From NCBI GenBank assembly GCA_963719425.1, contig OY970382.1, positions 321,246 through 385,245 of the forward strand: a stretch of DNA of 64,000 nucleotides. The letters run 5' to 3'. The stretch is from an uncultured bacterium. Its GTDB lineage: Bacteria > Patescibacteriota > Minisyncoccia > UBA6257 > 2-01-FULL-56-20. Both the position numbers and the translations under genes were made by a program. The notes below the pieces were generated by a model. It was not told where the DNA came from. It worked only from the letters and a program-made list of their open reading frames with translations, and searched no databases. Below, piece by piece: positions 27,232-36,230 of this stretch. The stretch's first letter is position 1, and every line of letters starts with the position of its first letter.

Positions 27232-29352
27232 CTAGCCAAATTGCTCAACCACCACCCGGGCATCCACCACCACCGCGCCTTTGTCGCTCGCCATCACGGG
27301 GTTGAGGTCTATGCCCTGGACTTCGGGATGTTCAAGCGCGAGGTGCGAGAGGGCAATGATGAGTTTTGCGAGAGCGTGCGCGTCCACGGACTTTTGGCCG
27401 CGGGTGCCGCGGAGGAGGGGAGCGCCTTTTATTTCGTCCATCATGGCGCGCGCGTCGGCGTCACTTACGGGGGCCACGCGGAGCGCCACATCCTTCATGG
27501 TTTCCACATAGATGCCGCCGAGGCCGAAGCTTATGATCGGTCCGAAAATGGCGTCGCGCTTCATGCCGATGATCGTCTCCACGCCCTGCGCCATCGGTTG
27601 CACGAGCATTCCCTGGATCTTCGCGTTCGGAACTTTCCGGCGGACGGTTTTTTCCATTTTGTCCCACGCCTGCCGCGCGGCCTCGGCGCCCACTATGTTC
27701 AACCGGACGCCGCCGACATCTGATTTGTGACTCACCTCGCGCGAGATCACTTTCATGGCAGCGGGACGGTTGCCGAGCTTTGCAAAAATGGCGGCAATGT
27801 CGTCTTTCGTGCGAGCAAGGTCGCCCACGAGTTCAATGTCGTATTCCTTGAGCAACGTCCTGGCCTGCAGAAAATCCATGAGCGTAGCGGAGATTTCTTT
27901 CACGGCCGCCGCTTCCGGCTTCTTGTGCCCAAACACGGCGAGCGCGAGGTCATCAAGCGCGCCGATCGCATCGTCCGGAAACTCAAAGTTGACCAGATTG
28001 TTTTCATAAAGTACCCGCACGCCGTCCGCGACCGCGCCGTGGCCCATAAAGACCGGCGCGATGAATTTCTTTTTGCCGTACGTCGCGATAAGCCGCGCCG
28101 TGCCCGCAGCGTCGGTCATCATCTGCGGCGTGACAATCAAAATGATCCCCTCAACGGTTTTTTCCGTGCACAGGATCTTGAGCGCCGCTTCATAGCGCGG
28201 CGGCAAGGCATCGCCCAAGATATCCACGGGATTCCCAATCGCTGCCATCGGAGGAAGTACCTCGGTGAGCGCCCGCTTCGCGCCATCGCTCAACTTTGCG
28301 AGTGAAAGCGCGGAGGACAGTTCCACAAGGTCTGCCGAAACCACCGACGGCCCGCCGCCGTTCGTGAGGATCGCGATCTCGCGCGGGGGCCGCATGGTAT
28401 TCAGGGCGTCCGTCCGCACGCCAAGCGCAAGAAGCTTCGCCATGTTATAGAACTCACGCAGGGAACCGACGACGGCCACCCCACTCTCGTGGCACGCTTC
28501 GTCAAAATCCTTGCTTTCGGGAGCGAGCGAGCCCGTGTGTGAAAGAACCGCCGCGGTGCCGCGCGCGCTCCTGCCCGCCTTCAGAACGACAACCGGCTTT
28601 TTCCGTGTGATCTTCTTCGTGAGTGCCATGAATTTATGTCCGTCACTCACTTTTTCCAGATACAAAAGAATCGCCTTTGTGTCGCGGTCGTCCGCAAGAT
28701 ATTCCAGAAAATCAATTTCCGTAAGCGCCGCTTCGTTGCCCAAACTGATGAACTTTGCAAGTCCCACGTCCTCCTCGCGCGCCCAGTCAAGCATCGCGGT
28801 GCCAAGGGCGCCCGACTGCGAAAGGATGGTAACGGGACCAGCTCGCAGCGGCTCGTTCGCGCTCGCGGCTGCGGCAAAGGTCGCGTTCAGGCCCGAATAG
28901 GCATCAATCGTTCCAAGGCAGTTCGGACCGAGGAGCGCGATGTGATAGCTCGCCGCCGTCATCCGGATCTTTTTCTCAAGCTCCTTGCCCGCGTCGCCCG
29001 CCTCCTTGAAGCCGGAAGAGATCACAATCACCGCGGGCACGTCTTTCCCCCCGCACTCTTCAAGCGCGGCAGGCACCGCAGAAGCGGGGATCGCGATTAG
29101 CGCCAGATCAATCTTATCCTTGATATCCACAATGGACCGATAGGCCGGAAGGCCAAGGACGGTTTGCTCGTTCAGTGAGACGGGAAAGATCTTCCGCTTC
29201 GCCGCGCCCGGGTTGCCATTTGCGCTGCTTGGGTTGCCGTTCGCGCCACCACCTTTCAAATTAAAAACCAGCGAATAGCCAACTTTGTTCTTGTCGTTGG
29301 AGGCGCCGATGACCGCGACCGATTTCGGATCAAAGAAATTCTTGAGGTCCAT
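27232..29352 (-). CDS. Acetyl-CoA synthetase (ADP-forming), fused alpha/beta (acetate--CoA ligase, NDP-forming)
   Basis: CoA-binding N-terminus FFDPKSVAVIGAS, succinyl-CoA-synthetase-like ligase-CoA domain, C-terminal ATP-grasp. Start at internal MDLKNF (29352); the upstream extension in the track ORF is probably spurious. Confidence 0.8.
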   Translation of the reverse strand: MDLKNFFDPKSVAVIGASNDKNKVGYSLVFNLKGGGANGNPSSANGNPGAAKRKIFPVSLNEQTVLGLPAYRSIVDIKDKIDLALIAIPASAVPAALEECGGKDVPAVIVISSGFKEAGDAGKELEKKIRMTAASYHIALLGPNCLGTIDAYSGLNATFAAAASANEPLRAGPVTILSQSGALGTAMLDWAREEDVGLAKFISLGNEAALTEIDFLEYLADDRDTKAILLYLEKVSDGHKFMALTKKITRKKPVVVLKAGRSARGTAAVLSHTGSLAPESKDFDEACHESGVAVVGSLREFYNMAKLLALGVRTDALNTMRPPREIAILTNGGGPSVVSADLVELSSALSLAKLSDGAKRALTEVLPPMAAIGNPVDILGDALPPRYEAALKILCTEKTVEGIILIVTPQMMTDAAGTARLIATYGKKKFIAPVFMGHGAVADGVRVLYENNLVNFEFPDDAIGALDDLALAVFGHKKPEAAAVKEISATLMDFLQARTLLKEYDIELVGDLARTKDDIAAIFAKLGNRPAAMKVISREVSHKSDVGGVRLNIVGAEAARQAWDKMEKTVRRKVPNAKIQGMLVQPMAQGVETIIGMKRDAIFGPIISFGLGGIYVETMKDVALRVAPVSDADARAMMDEIKGAPLLRGTRGQKSVDAHALAKLIIALSHLALEHPEVQGIDLNPVMASDKGAVVVDARVVVEQFG

Positions 29353-29567
29353 GTACGGCTCGTTATGTTCATAATAACAAACTTGACGGATTCCTGTACG
29401 TGTATAAAATAAGCGGTACGTGCTGCTTCCTCTCCTAGGGGGAAGTGGTGGCGTCGGGGAGGGTGGCACCAAACCTCCCGCATAGGGGTTTCCTCTCACC
29501 CTCCCTGAATATAATCAGCCAGTGTATCATAATTGCAGCTGGCTATTTTGTTTATAAAAATTACTGC

Positions 29568-29596
29568 TTGCAAAACAAGTGAAACTATTGTATAAT
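29568..29596 (+). promoter_or_regulatory. Sigma-70-like promoter TTGCAA-N17-TATAAT for the Fis-like gene
   Basis: Hexamers and spacing read directly, ~70 nt upstream of the ATG at 29669. Confidence 0.45.
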
Positions 29597-29668
29597 ATGC
29601 TCAGCGTAGGAAACAACGGACTTATGTTCTTGGGCCCGAGTTAGCCTACACGCATTGAAAGGAGTATT

Positions 29669-29962
29669 ATGCGGTCCTTTGTTTTTGTGATTGGGGACGA
29701 TGCTCTCGGGCAAGAGCTTGAGAATATCATCAAGCGCGCCGCGGCACAGCCGCACGATGCGCCTGAGGCCGGTGACGGCGAAGTATCTGCCGGCAGCACC
29801 ATTCCTTTCTTACCGACCGGCATGTCACTCCCGCAGTACGAGGAAGAACTTTTCCGAGAAGCGCTGCGCCGCACCAAAGGCAACCAGTGCCGGGCAGCGC
29901 GGCTGCTGGGCATTCCACGGAACATGTTCCGTTATCGGCTGTCAAAACTGAAAGTGCCGTAG
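29669..29962 (+). CDS. Small Fis-family HTH DNA-binding protein
   Basis: C-terminal EEELFREALRRTKGNQCRAARLLGIPRNMFRYRLSKL matches the Fis/NtrC-type HTH_8. Confidence 0.6.
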   Translation: MRSFVFVIGDDALGQELENIIKRAAAQPHDAPEAGDGEVSAGSTIPFLPTGMSLPQYEEELFREALRRTKGNQCRAARLLGIPRNMFRYRLSKLKVP

Positions 29963-30011
29963 TCGCACAAGTTCTATTGGGTTGGGAACTACGGACCCAG
30001 CTCACCATAAA

Positions 30012-30045
30012 CCCCAACGGTCTGCCGTTGGGGTTTGCTCGTTTT
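30012..30045. terminator. Bidirectional intrinsic terminator CCCCAACGG-TCTG-CCGTTGGGG plus T-rich tail
   Basis: 9-bp perfect stem followed by TTTGCTCGTTTT on +; sits between convergent genes (Fis-like + and korB -). Confidence 0.65.
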
Positions 30046-30057
30046 ACAGCAAGTAAG

Positions 30058-30861
30058 CTACTTTAATTGCTCCTCAAACGTCGGCTGTTCCACGCGGTAG
30101 AAAATGCCGAGCGGGACTTTGTCGTTGCCGGAACCACTTCCACCACCGCCGTCAGTCGCTCCCCGCACCGCCTCCATCGCGTGCGCAAGGTTATCTTTCG
30201 GCTCATTTTCATCAATCCAATACATGCGTTCTTTGTAGTAGTCGCGCGTGTCATAGAAAGTGATGCATGGCTGGATGATATCCACAAACGAGAATCCTTT
30301 GTGCGCGATCGCGGCCTTCATGATCTCCTTGGTCTTCGGGATATCCAGCGCATACGATCGCGCGACGAACGTGGCGCCCGAGGCAAGCATGAAAAGCAGG
30401 GGATTGAACGGCGGCTCGGTACTGCCGTAGGGTGTGGATTTTCCTTTGAAGCCGACGGGCGTCGTAGGCGTTGCCTGGCCGGTTGTCAAAGCAAACACCT
30501 GGTTGTCATGGATGAAAAGATTGATGTCCGAATTTCTGCGCGCCGCATGTACGAGGTGCTCCACGCCCTCCGAATACGAATCGCCGTCGCCGCTGAATCC
30601 CACGACCGTGAGCGCGGGGTTCGCGACCTTCATTCCCTCCATGCTCGCGATCACGCGGCCGTGGAGTGACGTGAACGTGTTCGTGTTCAAATAGTCGGTG
30701 ATCTTGCCGTGGCAGCCGATCCCCGCGGCCGAGACCAAATTCTCCAGCTTCAGCTCGCCGTCGTTCACGAGTTCGGTCACCGCCTGCCGGAAGGCAACAA
30801 GGATCGCCGCGTTCGGGCATCCCGGGCACCAGGTGATTCTTGCTTTGGTTGAGAGGTCCAT
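30058..30861 (-). CDS. korB: 2-oxoacid:ferredoxin oxidoreductase beta subunit (TPP-binding)
   Basis: CPGCPN N-terminus, TPP motif GFSGDGDSYSEG, ~267 aa; could be a pyruvate- or 2-oxoglutarate-specific enzyme. Confidence 0.8.
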   Translation of the reverse strand: MDLSTKARITWCPGCPNAAILVAFRQAVTELVNDGELKLENLVSAAGIGCHGKITDYLNTNTFTSLHGRVIASMEGMKVANPALTVVGFSGDGDSYSEGVEHLVHAARRNSDINLFIHDNQVFALTTGQATPTTPVGFKGKSTPYGSTEPPFNPLLFMLASGATFVARSYALDIPKTKEIMKAAIAHKGFSFVDIIQPCITFYDTRDYYKERMYWIDENEPKDNLAHAMEAVRGATDGGGGSGSGNDKVPLGIFYRVEQPTFEEQLK

Positions 30862-32591
30862 TATTTGAGTAGTACGTTTATTTCTTCAGCCAATTCCATC
30901 GGATCAAACGGCCGCGCATCATATCGCAAAATTTTCTTATCAATTTTTATGCCGGTCTTCTCGCGGATGAGGGAGGCGAGCTGTGCCGTGCGGTTGGCCT
31001 CTACGTCAATAATCATCGTTGCGTCCGCGAGTTCCGCAGTCACTCTTTCGGCATCAAACGGTTCCATCCAAACGATCTGTAGAAGCTTTGCCGGCTTTGC
31101 AAGATATTTTGCCGCCTCAAGCACGGCGCCCCTTGTGGATCCCCAGAACACGATCACATTGGGACTGTCTTTGTCTCCGTATACTTTGATGGCCTCGCAG
31201 CTCTTTAATTCGCTCGCGATCCCTTGTGTCTTCGCAAAGCGTTTATCACTCATTTTTTTGATCGCCTCCGCTTCATCGGTTGTGATACCGCCCTCGCTGT
31301 GCTCATAGCTGTCCGCTTTCACGGTCGCGCCCGGCGTGCCCGGGAAAGCCAACGGTGAGACGCCGTCGTCGGTGATTTGATACCGATTATAATTCTCCGG
31401 CACTTTTTCAAGAATTTTGCCCCGCTCAATTTTGACCGACTGTGGATCAAGCGCGGGGACGGTTTCCAAGCTCTCCGAAAGCTCGCGGTCTAGAATAACA
31501 ATGGCCGGCACCTGATATTTCCATGCGAGGTTGAGCGCGTCCGCGCCGCAAACGAACGCTTCATAGGGGTCGCCGGGCGCGAGCACGATGCGTGGAAATT
31601 CGCCGTGGCCAGAATGAAGGATGAATTGCAGATCAGCCTGGCCCGTGTACGTGGGGGCGCCGGTTGCGGGAGCATAGCGCTGCGAAACGGCGATGGCGAT
31701 CGGCAGTTCGGCCATTCCCGCAAAACTGAACGCTTCCTGCATCAACGCGAAGCCGCCGGTCGCAGTGCCCACTGCGGCGCGCTTGCCAGCGTAGACGGCG
31801 CCGAGCGCCATATGAATGACCGCGAGCTCGTTCTCTGGTTGGATCACTTTTATTTTGTATTCCTTTTGCTGTTTGGCGAGAAAATGGAGGATACCGGACG
31901 ACGGTGTCATGGGATAGCTCAAATAAATATCCATTCCCGCCGCCACAAGGCCCCTGCCGAGTGCCGTGTTTCCGTCAAGGAGCTCCGTTGCGGCGGTGCG
32001 TGGCGACGCTGACACCGGTGCAAGTTTCTCTCGCTGTCGTAAATTGAGTCCCGCGAGGTGCTCATATCCTGCCGCAGCGAGCTTCGGGTTTGCGTCCAAG
32101 CTTCTCCCTTCAAATATTTTTTTTAAAGCCGCGGCCATATCATCCGGCGCGACGCCAAGAAGATAGCAAACAGCACCGAGCGCGACGGAGGTGCGGGTGA
32201 TCGGCGGAGCGCCGATTTTTCGCGCAAATTCCTTCATCGGCAAAACAACTACGTTCGTGCCGAAGCGCTCCGCGTACTCTTTTTCAAACGCATCGGCAAG
32301 AACGACGGTGTCTTTGTTCAACTCGTCCTTGTGGATCCGCAAGGTTTCCTCATCAAGTGCAAGAAGTATGTCAAGCGTCGGATGGTCACAATGGACCTTC
32401 TCGCCAGAAAAGGTCACGCGGCTAAAATTGTGTCCGCCGCGGATGAGCGAGGGATAATCAAAACCGACAAAGGCCTCGAAGCCGATGCCCGCGAGGAGCT
32501 GCGCCAAACTTGCCCCTGCTTCCCGCGCGCCTTCGCCCGCCGCGCCGCCGATACCAACGGTGAGGACGTTCTCATGAGAAGATGCTGACAT
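30861..32591 (-). CDS. korA: 2-oxoacid:ferredoxin oxidoreductase fused gamma-alpha subunit
   Basis: N-terminal gamma-like domain (LTVGIGGAAGEGAREAG) fused to an alpha-subunit core (YPMTPSS motif); start taken at MSASSHENV (32591). The 106-aa upstream extension of the track ORF is judged spurious. Confidence 0.75.
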   Translation of the reverse strand: MSASSHENVLTVGIGGAAGEGAREAGASLAQLLAGIGFEAFVGFDYPSLIRGGHNFSRVTFSGEKVHCDHPTLDILLALDEETLRIHKDELNKDTVVLADAFEKEYAERFGTNVVVLPMKEFARKIGAPPITRTSVALGAVCYLLGVAPDDMAAALKKIFEGRSLDANPKLAAAGYEHLAGLNLRQREKLAPVSASPRTAATELLDGNTALGRGLVAAGMDIYLSYPMTPSSGILHFLAKQQKEYKIKVIQPENELAVIHMALGAVYAGKRAAVGTATGGFALMQEAFSFAGMAELPIAIAVSQRYAPATGAPTYTGQADLQFILHSGHGEFPRIVLAPGDPYEAFVCGADALNLAWKYQVPAIVILDRELSESLETVPALDPQSVKIERGKILEKVPENYNRYQITDDGVSPLAFPGTPGATVKADSYEHSEGGITTDEAEAIKKMSDKRFAKTQGIASELKSCEAIKVYGDKDSPNVIVFWGSTRGAVLEAAKYLAKPAKLLQIVWMEPFDAERVTAELADATMIIDVEANRTAQLASLIREKTGIKIDKKILRYDARPFDPMELAEEINVLLK

Positions 32592-32672
32592 ACGAGCATT
32601 ATAGCATCCTTGCGACGCCGTGTGGCGGAGAGATGGTGGACGGAGCGATGTGGGTTTTTGTATAATTCTCTT

Positions 32673-33194
32673 ATGAGAGCGACCGCACTGCAGTTGCAGG
32701 AATTCCTCGCGACAAGGTTGAACTTGGTGATTTGCTTGACTGGCTTCGCCATTCCTTTTATTTTTTCCGGACCGCAGCTTGTTACGGGAACTATTGTGAA
32801 CACCCTCTTTTTCATTTCGGCCGAGAAACTTACAAGGAAAGACTGGTACGCCGTGCTCGTCCTCCCGAGCCTTGGCGCGTTCGCCCATGGGGTGTTGTTC
32901 GGCCCGCAAACGATCTTTCTCTTGTATTTCCTTCCTTTCATCTGGCTGGGAAATTATCTGCAGGTGAGCCTCTTTTCATCGCTACGACCGCAAGGATACG
33001 CGGCAGGAACGCTCTCTTCCGCTCTCGCGAAAAGTCTTCTCTTGATCGGTGCGGCAAACGTATATTATGCGATCCATGCCGTCCCACAGGTATTCATTGC
33101 CTCAATGGGCGCGATACAATTCATCACCGCCTGCCTGGGCGGGGTAGTGTCATATCTCGCAGTGCGTTATCTCAAACCGCATGAATCAACATGA
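32673..33194 (+). CDS. Hypothetical polytopic membrane protein
   Basis: 5-6 predicted TM segments; start chosen at MRATAL just after TATAAT (32655-32660). Resemblance to ECF-type S components is a guess. Confidence 0.4.
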   Translation: MRATALQLQEFLATRLNLVICLTGFAIPFIFSGPQLVTGTIVNTLFFISAEKLTRKDWYAVLVLPSLGAFAHGVLFGPQTIFLLYFLPFIWLGNYLQVSLFSSLRPQGYAAGTLSSALAKSLLLIGAANVYYAIHAVPQVFIASMGAIQFITACLGGVVSYLAVRYLKPHEST

Positions 33195-34003
33195 ATGAAA
33201 TAGAGACTCTCATCAAGGCGCTCCAGGAAAAAAAGAAATTGGTGGCGATGCTCGCGCCCTCTTTCCCGATAGTATTTTCATATCCGGCCATTATCGCCAC
33301 GCTAAGGAAGGCGGGATTTTCCCACGTAATAGAAGTCGCCGCTGGGGCAAAAAAGACGAACGAGGAATTACTCGCGCTGCTCAAAAAGAATCCCGACGCA
33401 CGATACATCACAAGCCCCTGCCCGACGGTCGTTCGCATGATCCGCACGCAAATGCCCCAGTACGTGAAATACTTTACTCCCGACGTTGATTCCCCGATGG
33501 TCGCCACAGCGAAGATCGCGGCTGAACAATATCCCGATCACAAACCCGTTTTCATCGGCCCGTGCGTCGTAAAAAAACTTGAGGCCACGGAAGACCACCC
33601 CGAACTTAACATCTTGGTTCTCACATATGCGGAGATGTCACAGGTCCTTGCCCGTTTGGGTGTCACGGAAGATCCGGCGGCAGAAGATCAATTTGACCTC
33701 GTGGAGCTCGGCATGACAAGAATCTATCCGGTGGACGGCGGCCTCTCTCACAGCAGCGGAGTACTCACGGGTCTTCCCACGGGCGCGGTTCAGGTAGTAT
33801 CCGGTTGGAAAAACTGCGTGGAGGCCATCAAAAAATTTGACACGGATCCCAAGGTGCGCCTTTTGGATATTCTTTTCTGCGAAGGCGGCTGCATCGGAGG
33901 TCCCGGCATCAAGAGCCCGCTGAATACCGAAGAAAGGAAAAAGAAAATTTTGGATTACTACGCTTCTCACGCTTCGCCGCCCGCAAATCTTCCGCAGATA
34001 TGA
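33191..34003 (+). CDS. [FeFe]-hydrogenase H-cluster domain-like protein (minimal, 270 aa)
   Basis: Three motifs matching hydrogenase L1/L2/L3 signatures: TSPCP (cf. TSCCP), GPCVVKKLE (cf. MPCxxKKxE), FCEGGCIGGPG (cf. MACxGGCxxGGGQP). Confidence 0.5.
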   Translation: MNEIETLIKALQEKKKLVAMLAPSFPIVFSYPAIIATLRKAGFSHVIEVAAGAKKTNEELLALLKKNPDARYITSPCPTVVRMIRTQMPQYVKYFTPDVDSPMVATAKIAAEQYPDHKPVFIGPCVVKKLEATEDHPELNILVLTYAEMSQVLARLGVTEDPAAEDQFDLVELGMTRIYPVDGGLSHSSGVLTGLPTGAVQVVSGWKNCVEAIKKFDTDPKVRLLDILFCEGGCIGGPGIKSPLNTEERKKKILDYYASHASPPANLPQI

Positions 34004-35262
34004 AGATACGTTCACTTGAAGCGCGGCCGATTCTTGACTCGCGGGGCGAATGGACGGTGGAAGTGACGCTTGAACTGAAAAACGGCGCGCGTGCGACCGC
34101 CTCGGTGCCGCAAGGAAAGAGCACCGGTGCGACCGAAGCGCGGGCATTGCCAGCGCCCGTGGCCGTGCGGAAGATAAACAACGTCATCGCGCCGAAATTG
34201 CGGCACACGGATATTCGTGCCCGCGGCAGCCAAAATGAACAGGCTGCGCTTGACGCGTTCCTGATACGGCTAGATGGCACGGGCACGAAGTCCAATTTGG
34301 GTGCGAACGCCATCCTTGCAACTTCCATCGCGTTTGCGCGGGCGTCCGCGACGGCAAACAAAATTCCGCTTTGGGGACATATCCGCAGACTTCTCGGTTC
34401 GGCAGCATTTCCGTCCAAGCTCGCCACCGGACGCGGCCTCGCGCATCCCCGTCTTTTCATTAATGTCATCAATGGGGGATTGCACGCAGGGAACAATTTG
34501 CACTTCCAGGAATATCTCGTCATTCCGAAGTGTCGGACGATCCGCGAATCGGTTGAGATCGGCACCGAGGTCTACCACGCACTGGGCGAGGCGCTCGCAC
34601 GCGCGAAAGGCAAAACTGCAACGAACCTTGGCGACGAAGGGGGATACGCGCCGAATTTTAAGGACGATATGGAACCCCTCCGTATCCTCCGCATCGTCGT
34701 CCAAAAACTGAAGCTCGCAAAGCAAATTGATTTTGGCATTGACGCTGCCGCAACCGACATCAAAAAGTTGAAGCACAAAGAACTGGAAAGCATGTATGTA
34801 AAGCTGCTCCGCCAAGACAACTTTATTTACCTTGAAGATCCGTTCGCCAATAAAGATTTTTTGAGTTTTGCGGCGCTCGCGATGCGCTGCGACGCAGGCA
34901 GGGCAAAGGGCCACGGGCAGCGGGGCGACGCGCCCGTATGGATCGCAGGGGACGATCTTACGACGACAAATATCCACCGCATGGAACGGGCGCATGCGGA
35001 GGGGAGTATAAACGCAGTCATCATAAAGCCGAACCAGATCGGTACGGTAAGCGAAGCATTGGACGCCGTGCGCATGGCTCGCAAATATAACTGGGCAGTC
35101 ATCGCCTCGCACCGGAGTGGCGAAACCGATGATGACTTTATCGCCGACTTTGCCTACGGCGTGGGCGCGGACGGCCTAAAGCTCGGCGCTCCCGCCCGCG
35201 GCGAACGGACCGCGAAGTACAACCGCCTGTTGGAAATTGAAGCTAAGGAAACGCGCCTGTAA
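34000..35262 (+). CDS. eno: Enolase (phosphopyruvate hydratase)
   Basis: LDSRGEWTVEV N-terminus, SHRSGETDD motif, ~420 aa. Confidence 0.9.
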   Translation: MKIRSLEARPILDSRGEWTVEVTLELKNGARATASVPQGKSTGATEARALPAPVAVRKINNVIAPKLRHTDIRARGSQNEQAALDAFLIRLDGTGTKSNLGANAILATSIAFARASATANKIPLWGHIRRLLGSAAFPSKLATGRGLAHPRLFINVINGGLHAGNNLHFQEYLVIPKCRTIRESVEIGTEVYHALGEALARAKGKTATNLGDEGGYAPNFKDDMEPLRILRIVVQKLKLAKQIDFGIDAAATDIKKLKHKELESMYVKLLRQDNFIYLEDPFANKDFLSFAALAMRCDAGRAKGHGQRGDAPVWIAGDDLTTTNIHRMERAHAEGSINAVIIKPNQIGTVSEALDAVRMARKYNWAVIASHRSGETDDDFIADFAYGVGADGLKLGAPARGERTAKYNRLLEIEAKETRL

Positions 35263-35353
35263 TTAAGTCAACGCTCGGGCGGCTGGAGGATGCGAGAACT
35301 TCCATCCTAGCCATGGGGTAGGGTATTCCAAGCTATTGAACCACGGCAATAAA

Positions 35354-35381
35354 TTGACAAAGTCTATAGGTATGATATAAT
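35354..35381 (+). promoter_or_regulatory. Consensus sigma-70 promoter TTGACA-N16-TATAAT upstream of the orphan receiver gene
   Basis: Hexamers read directly; ~80-nt leader then GGAAAAGAGGAGAGAAAG RBS. Confidence 0.5.
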
Positions 35382-35461
35382 GTGTCCAGCCCATCGGAAA
35401 TTGGCCCCAAGGCTTATCCGGTGACTTTGGTAAGGAAACAGGAAAAGAGGAGAGAAAGATC

Positions 35462-36031
35462 ATGAGGATTCTTGTGATCGACGACAACGCGACCAATCTA
35501 GCGGCCGCCGCGGCTCAACTGAAGGGCCACGAACTGACCGCAGCCCGGAGCTACGATGAGGGCCGCGAACTGATTCGGGGCAAGTACAATAAGGAGACAT
35601 ACCAATACGACCAGCCTGGGCAGTACGATGCAGTACTCGTAGACCTGTTAATGCCCGCGAGCAAGGAAGCGCAGGGGGCGGGGATGAAGTTTGCCGGTCA
35701 GGAGATGCCCGTTGGCATTTTCCTTGCGCTCCTCGCTGCGAAGAAAGGCGCGAAGTACGCTGCGGTCTTCACTGACAGCGACCATCATTCGCATCCTGCC
35801 TCAGCCTGCTTCGACGCCTTCAACGACAAGGGCGAATGCGATCCAACACCCTTCACAGTTGCAGGCGCGAATGTCATTCTCTGTAACAATCGCAACTGGG
35901 TCAATCATTACAAGCCCGACAACCTTTCGCGACCACTCGAGTTTGATGAGTGGTACCAGACGGGCATTGCGACCGTGATCGCGAAGAACTGGGAAGAGCT
36001 CCTCAAATACCTCATCGCTGTAGCGAAGTAG
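35462..36031 (+). CDS. Orphan response-regulator receiver (REC) domain protein with atypical extension
   Basis: MRILVIDDN acidic pocket, phosphoacceptor-like VLVDLLMP; no output domain and no kinase nearby. Confidence 0.55.
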   Translation: MRILVIDDNATNLAAAAAQLKGHELTAARSYDEGRELIRGKYNKETYQYDQPGQYDAVLVDLLMPASKEAQGAGMKFAGQEMPVGIFLALLAAKKGAKYAAVFTDSDHHSHPASACFDAFNDKGECDPTPFTVAGANVILCNNRNWVNHYKPDNLSRPLEFDEWYQTGIATVIAKNWEELLKYLIAVAK

Positions 36032-36230
36032 TGCAGCAAATCCTAAACCAAGGAAGGAGGTGATGAATACCAGGCCGCATGGTTCGCCCAGCGGCCCTTT
36101 CGTTTCCATGATGCCCCTCGGTCTGTCCGATACTTTTACTAGGTGCTCCCGGCGGCTGGACTCGGACCTTACATTCACCTCGCCAACGTCCGGCGCGGGC
36201 CGTGAGAATTTTGTTGTATAATGAAGGGGA

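Noticed and set aside
29353-29499. N-terminal extension (MRGNPYAGG...PPRRGSS...) of the acetyl-CoA synthetase ORF
   Set aside because: Low-complexity Pro/Gly-rich translation of a GC-rich leader; homologs start at the CoA-binding motif, so the start was moved to 29352.
32592-32909. 106-aa upstream extension of the korA (gamma-alpha) ORF, and overlapping minus ORF 32414-32941
   Set aside because: The extension has basic junk-like composition; the conserved gamma-domain start MSASSHENVLTVGIGG is at 32591; the overlapping ORF is on the same strand but out of frame.
34270-35112. 280-aa minus-strand ORF antisense to enolase; similar long antisense ORFs at 13014-13524, 20298-20945, 37091-37987 and 46856-47545
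   Set aside because: Each lies opposite a confidently identified conserved gene and shows low-complexity Arg/Ala-rich translation; judged to be GC-content artefacts.
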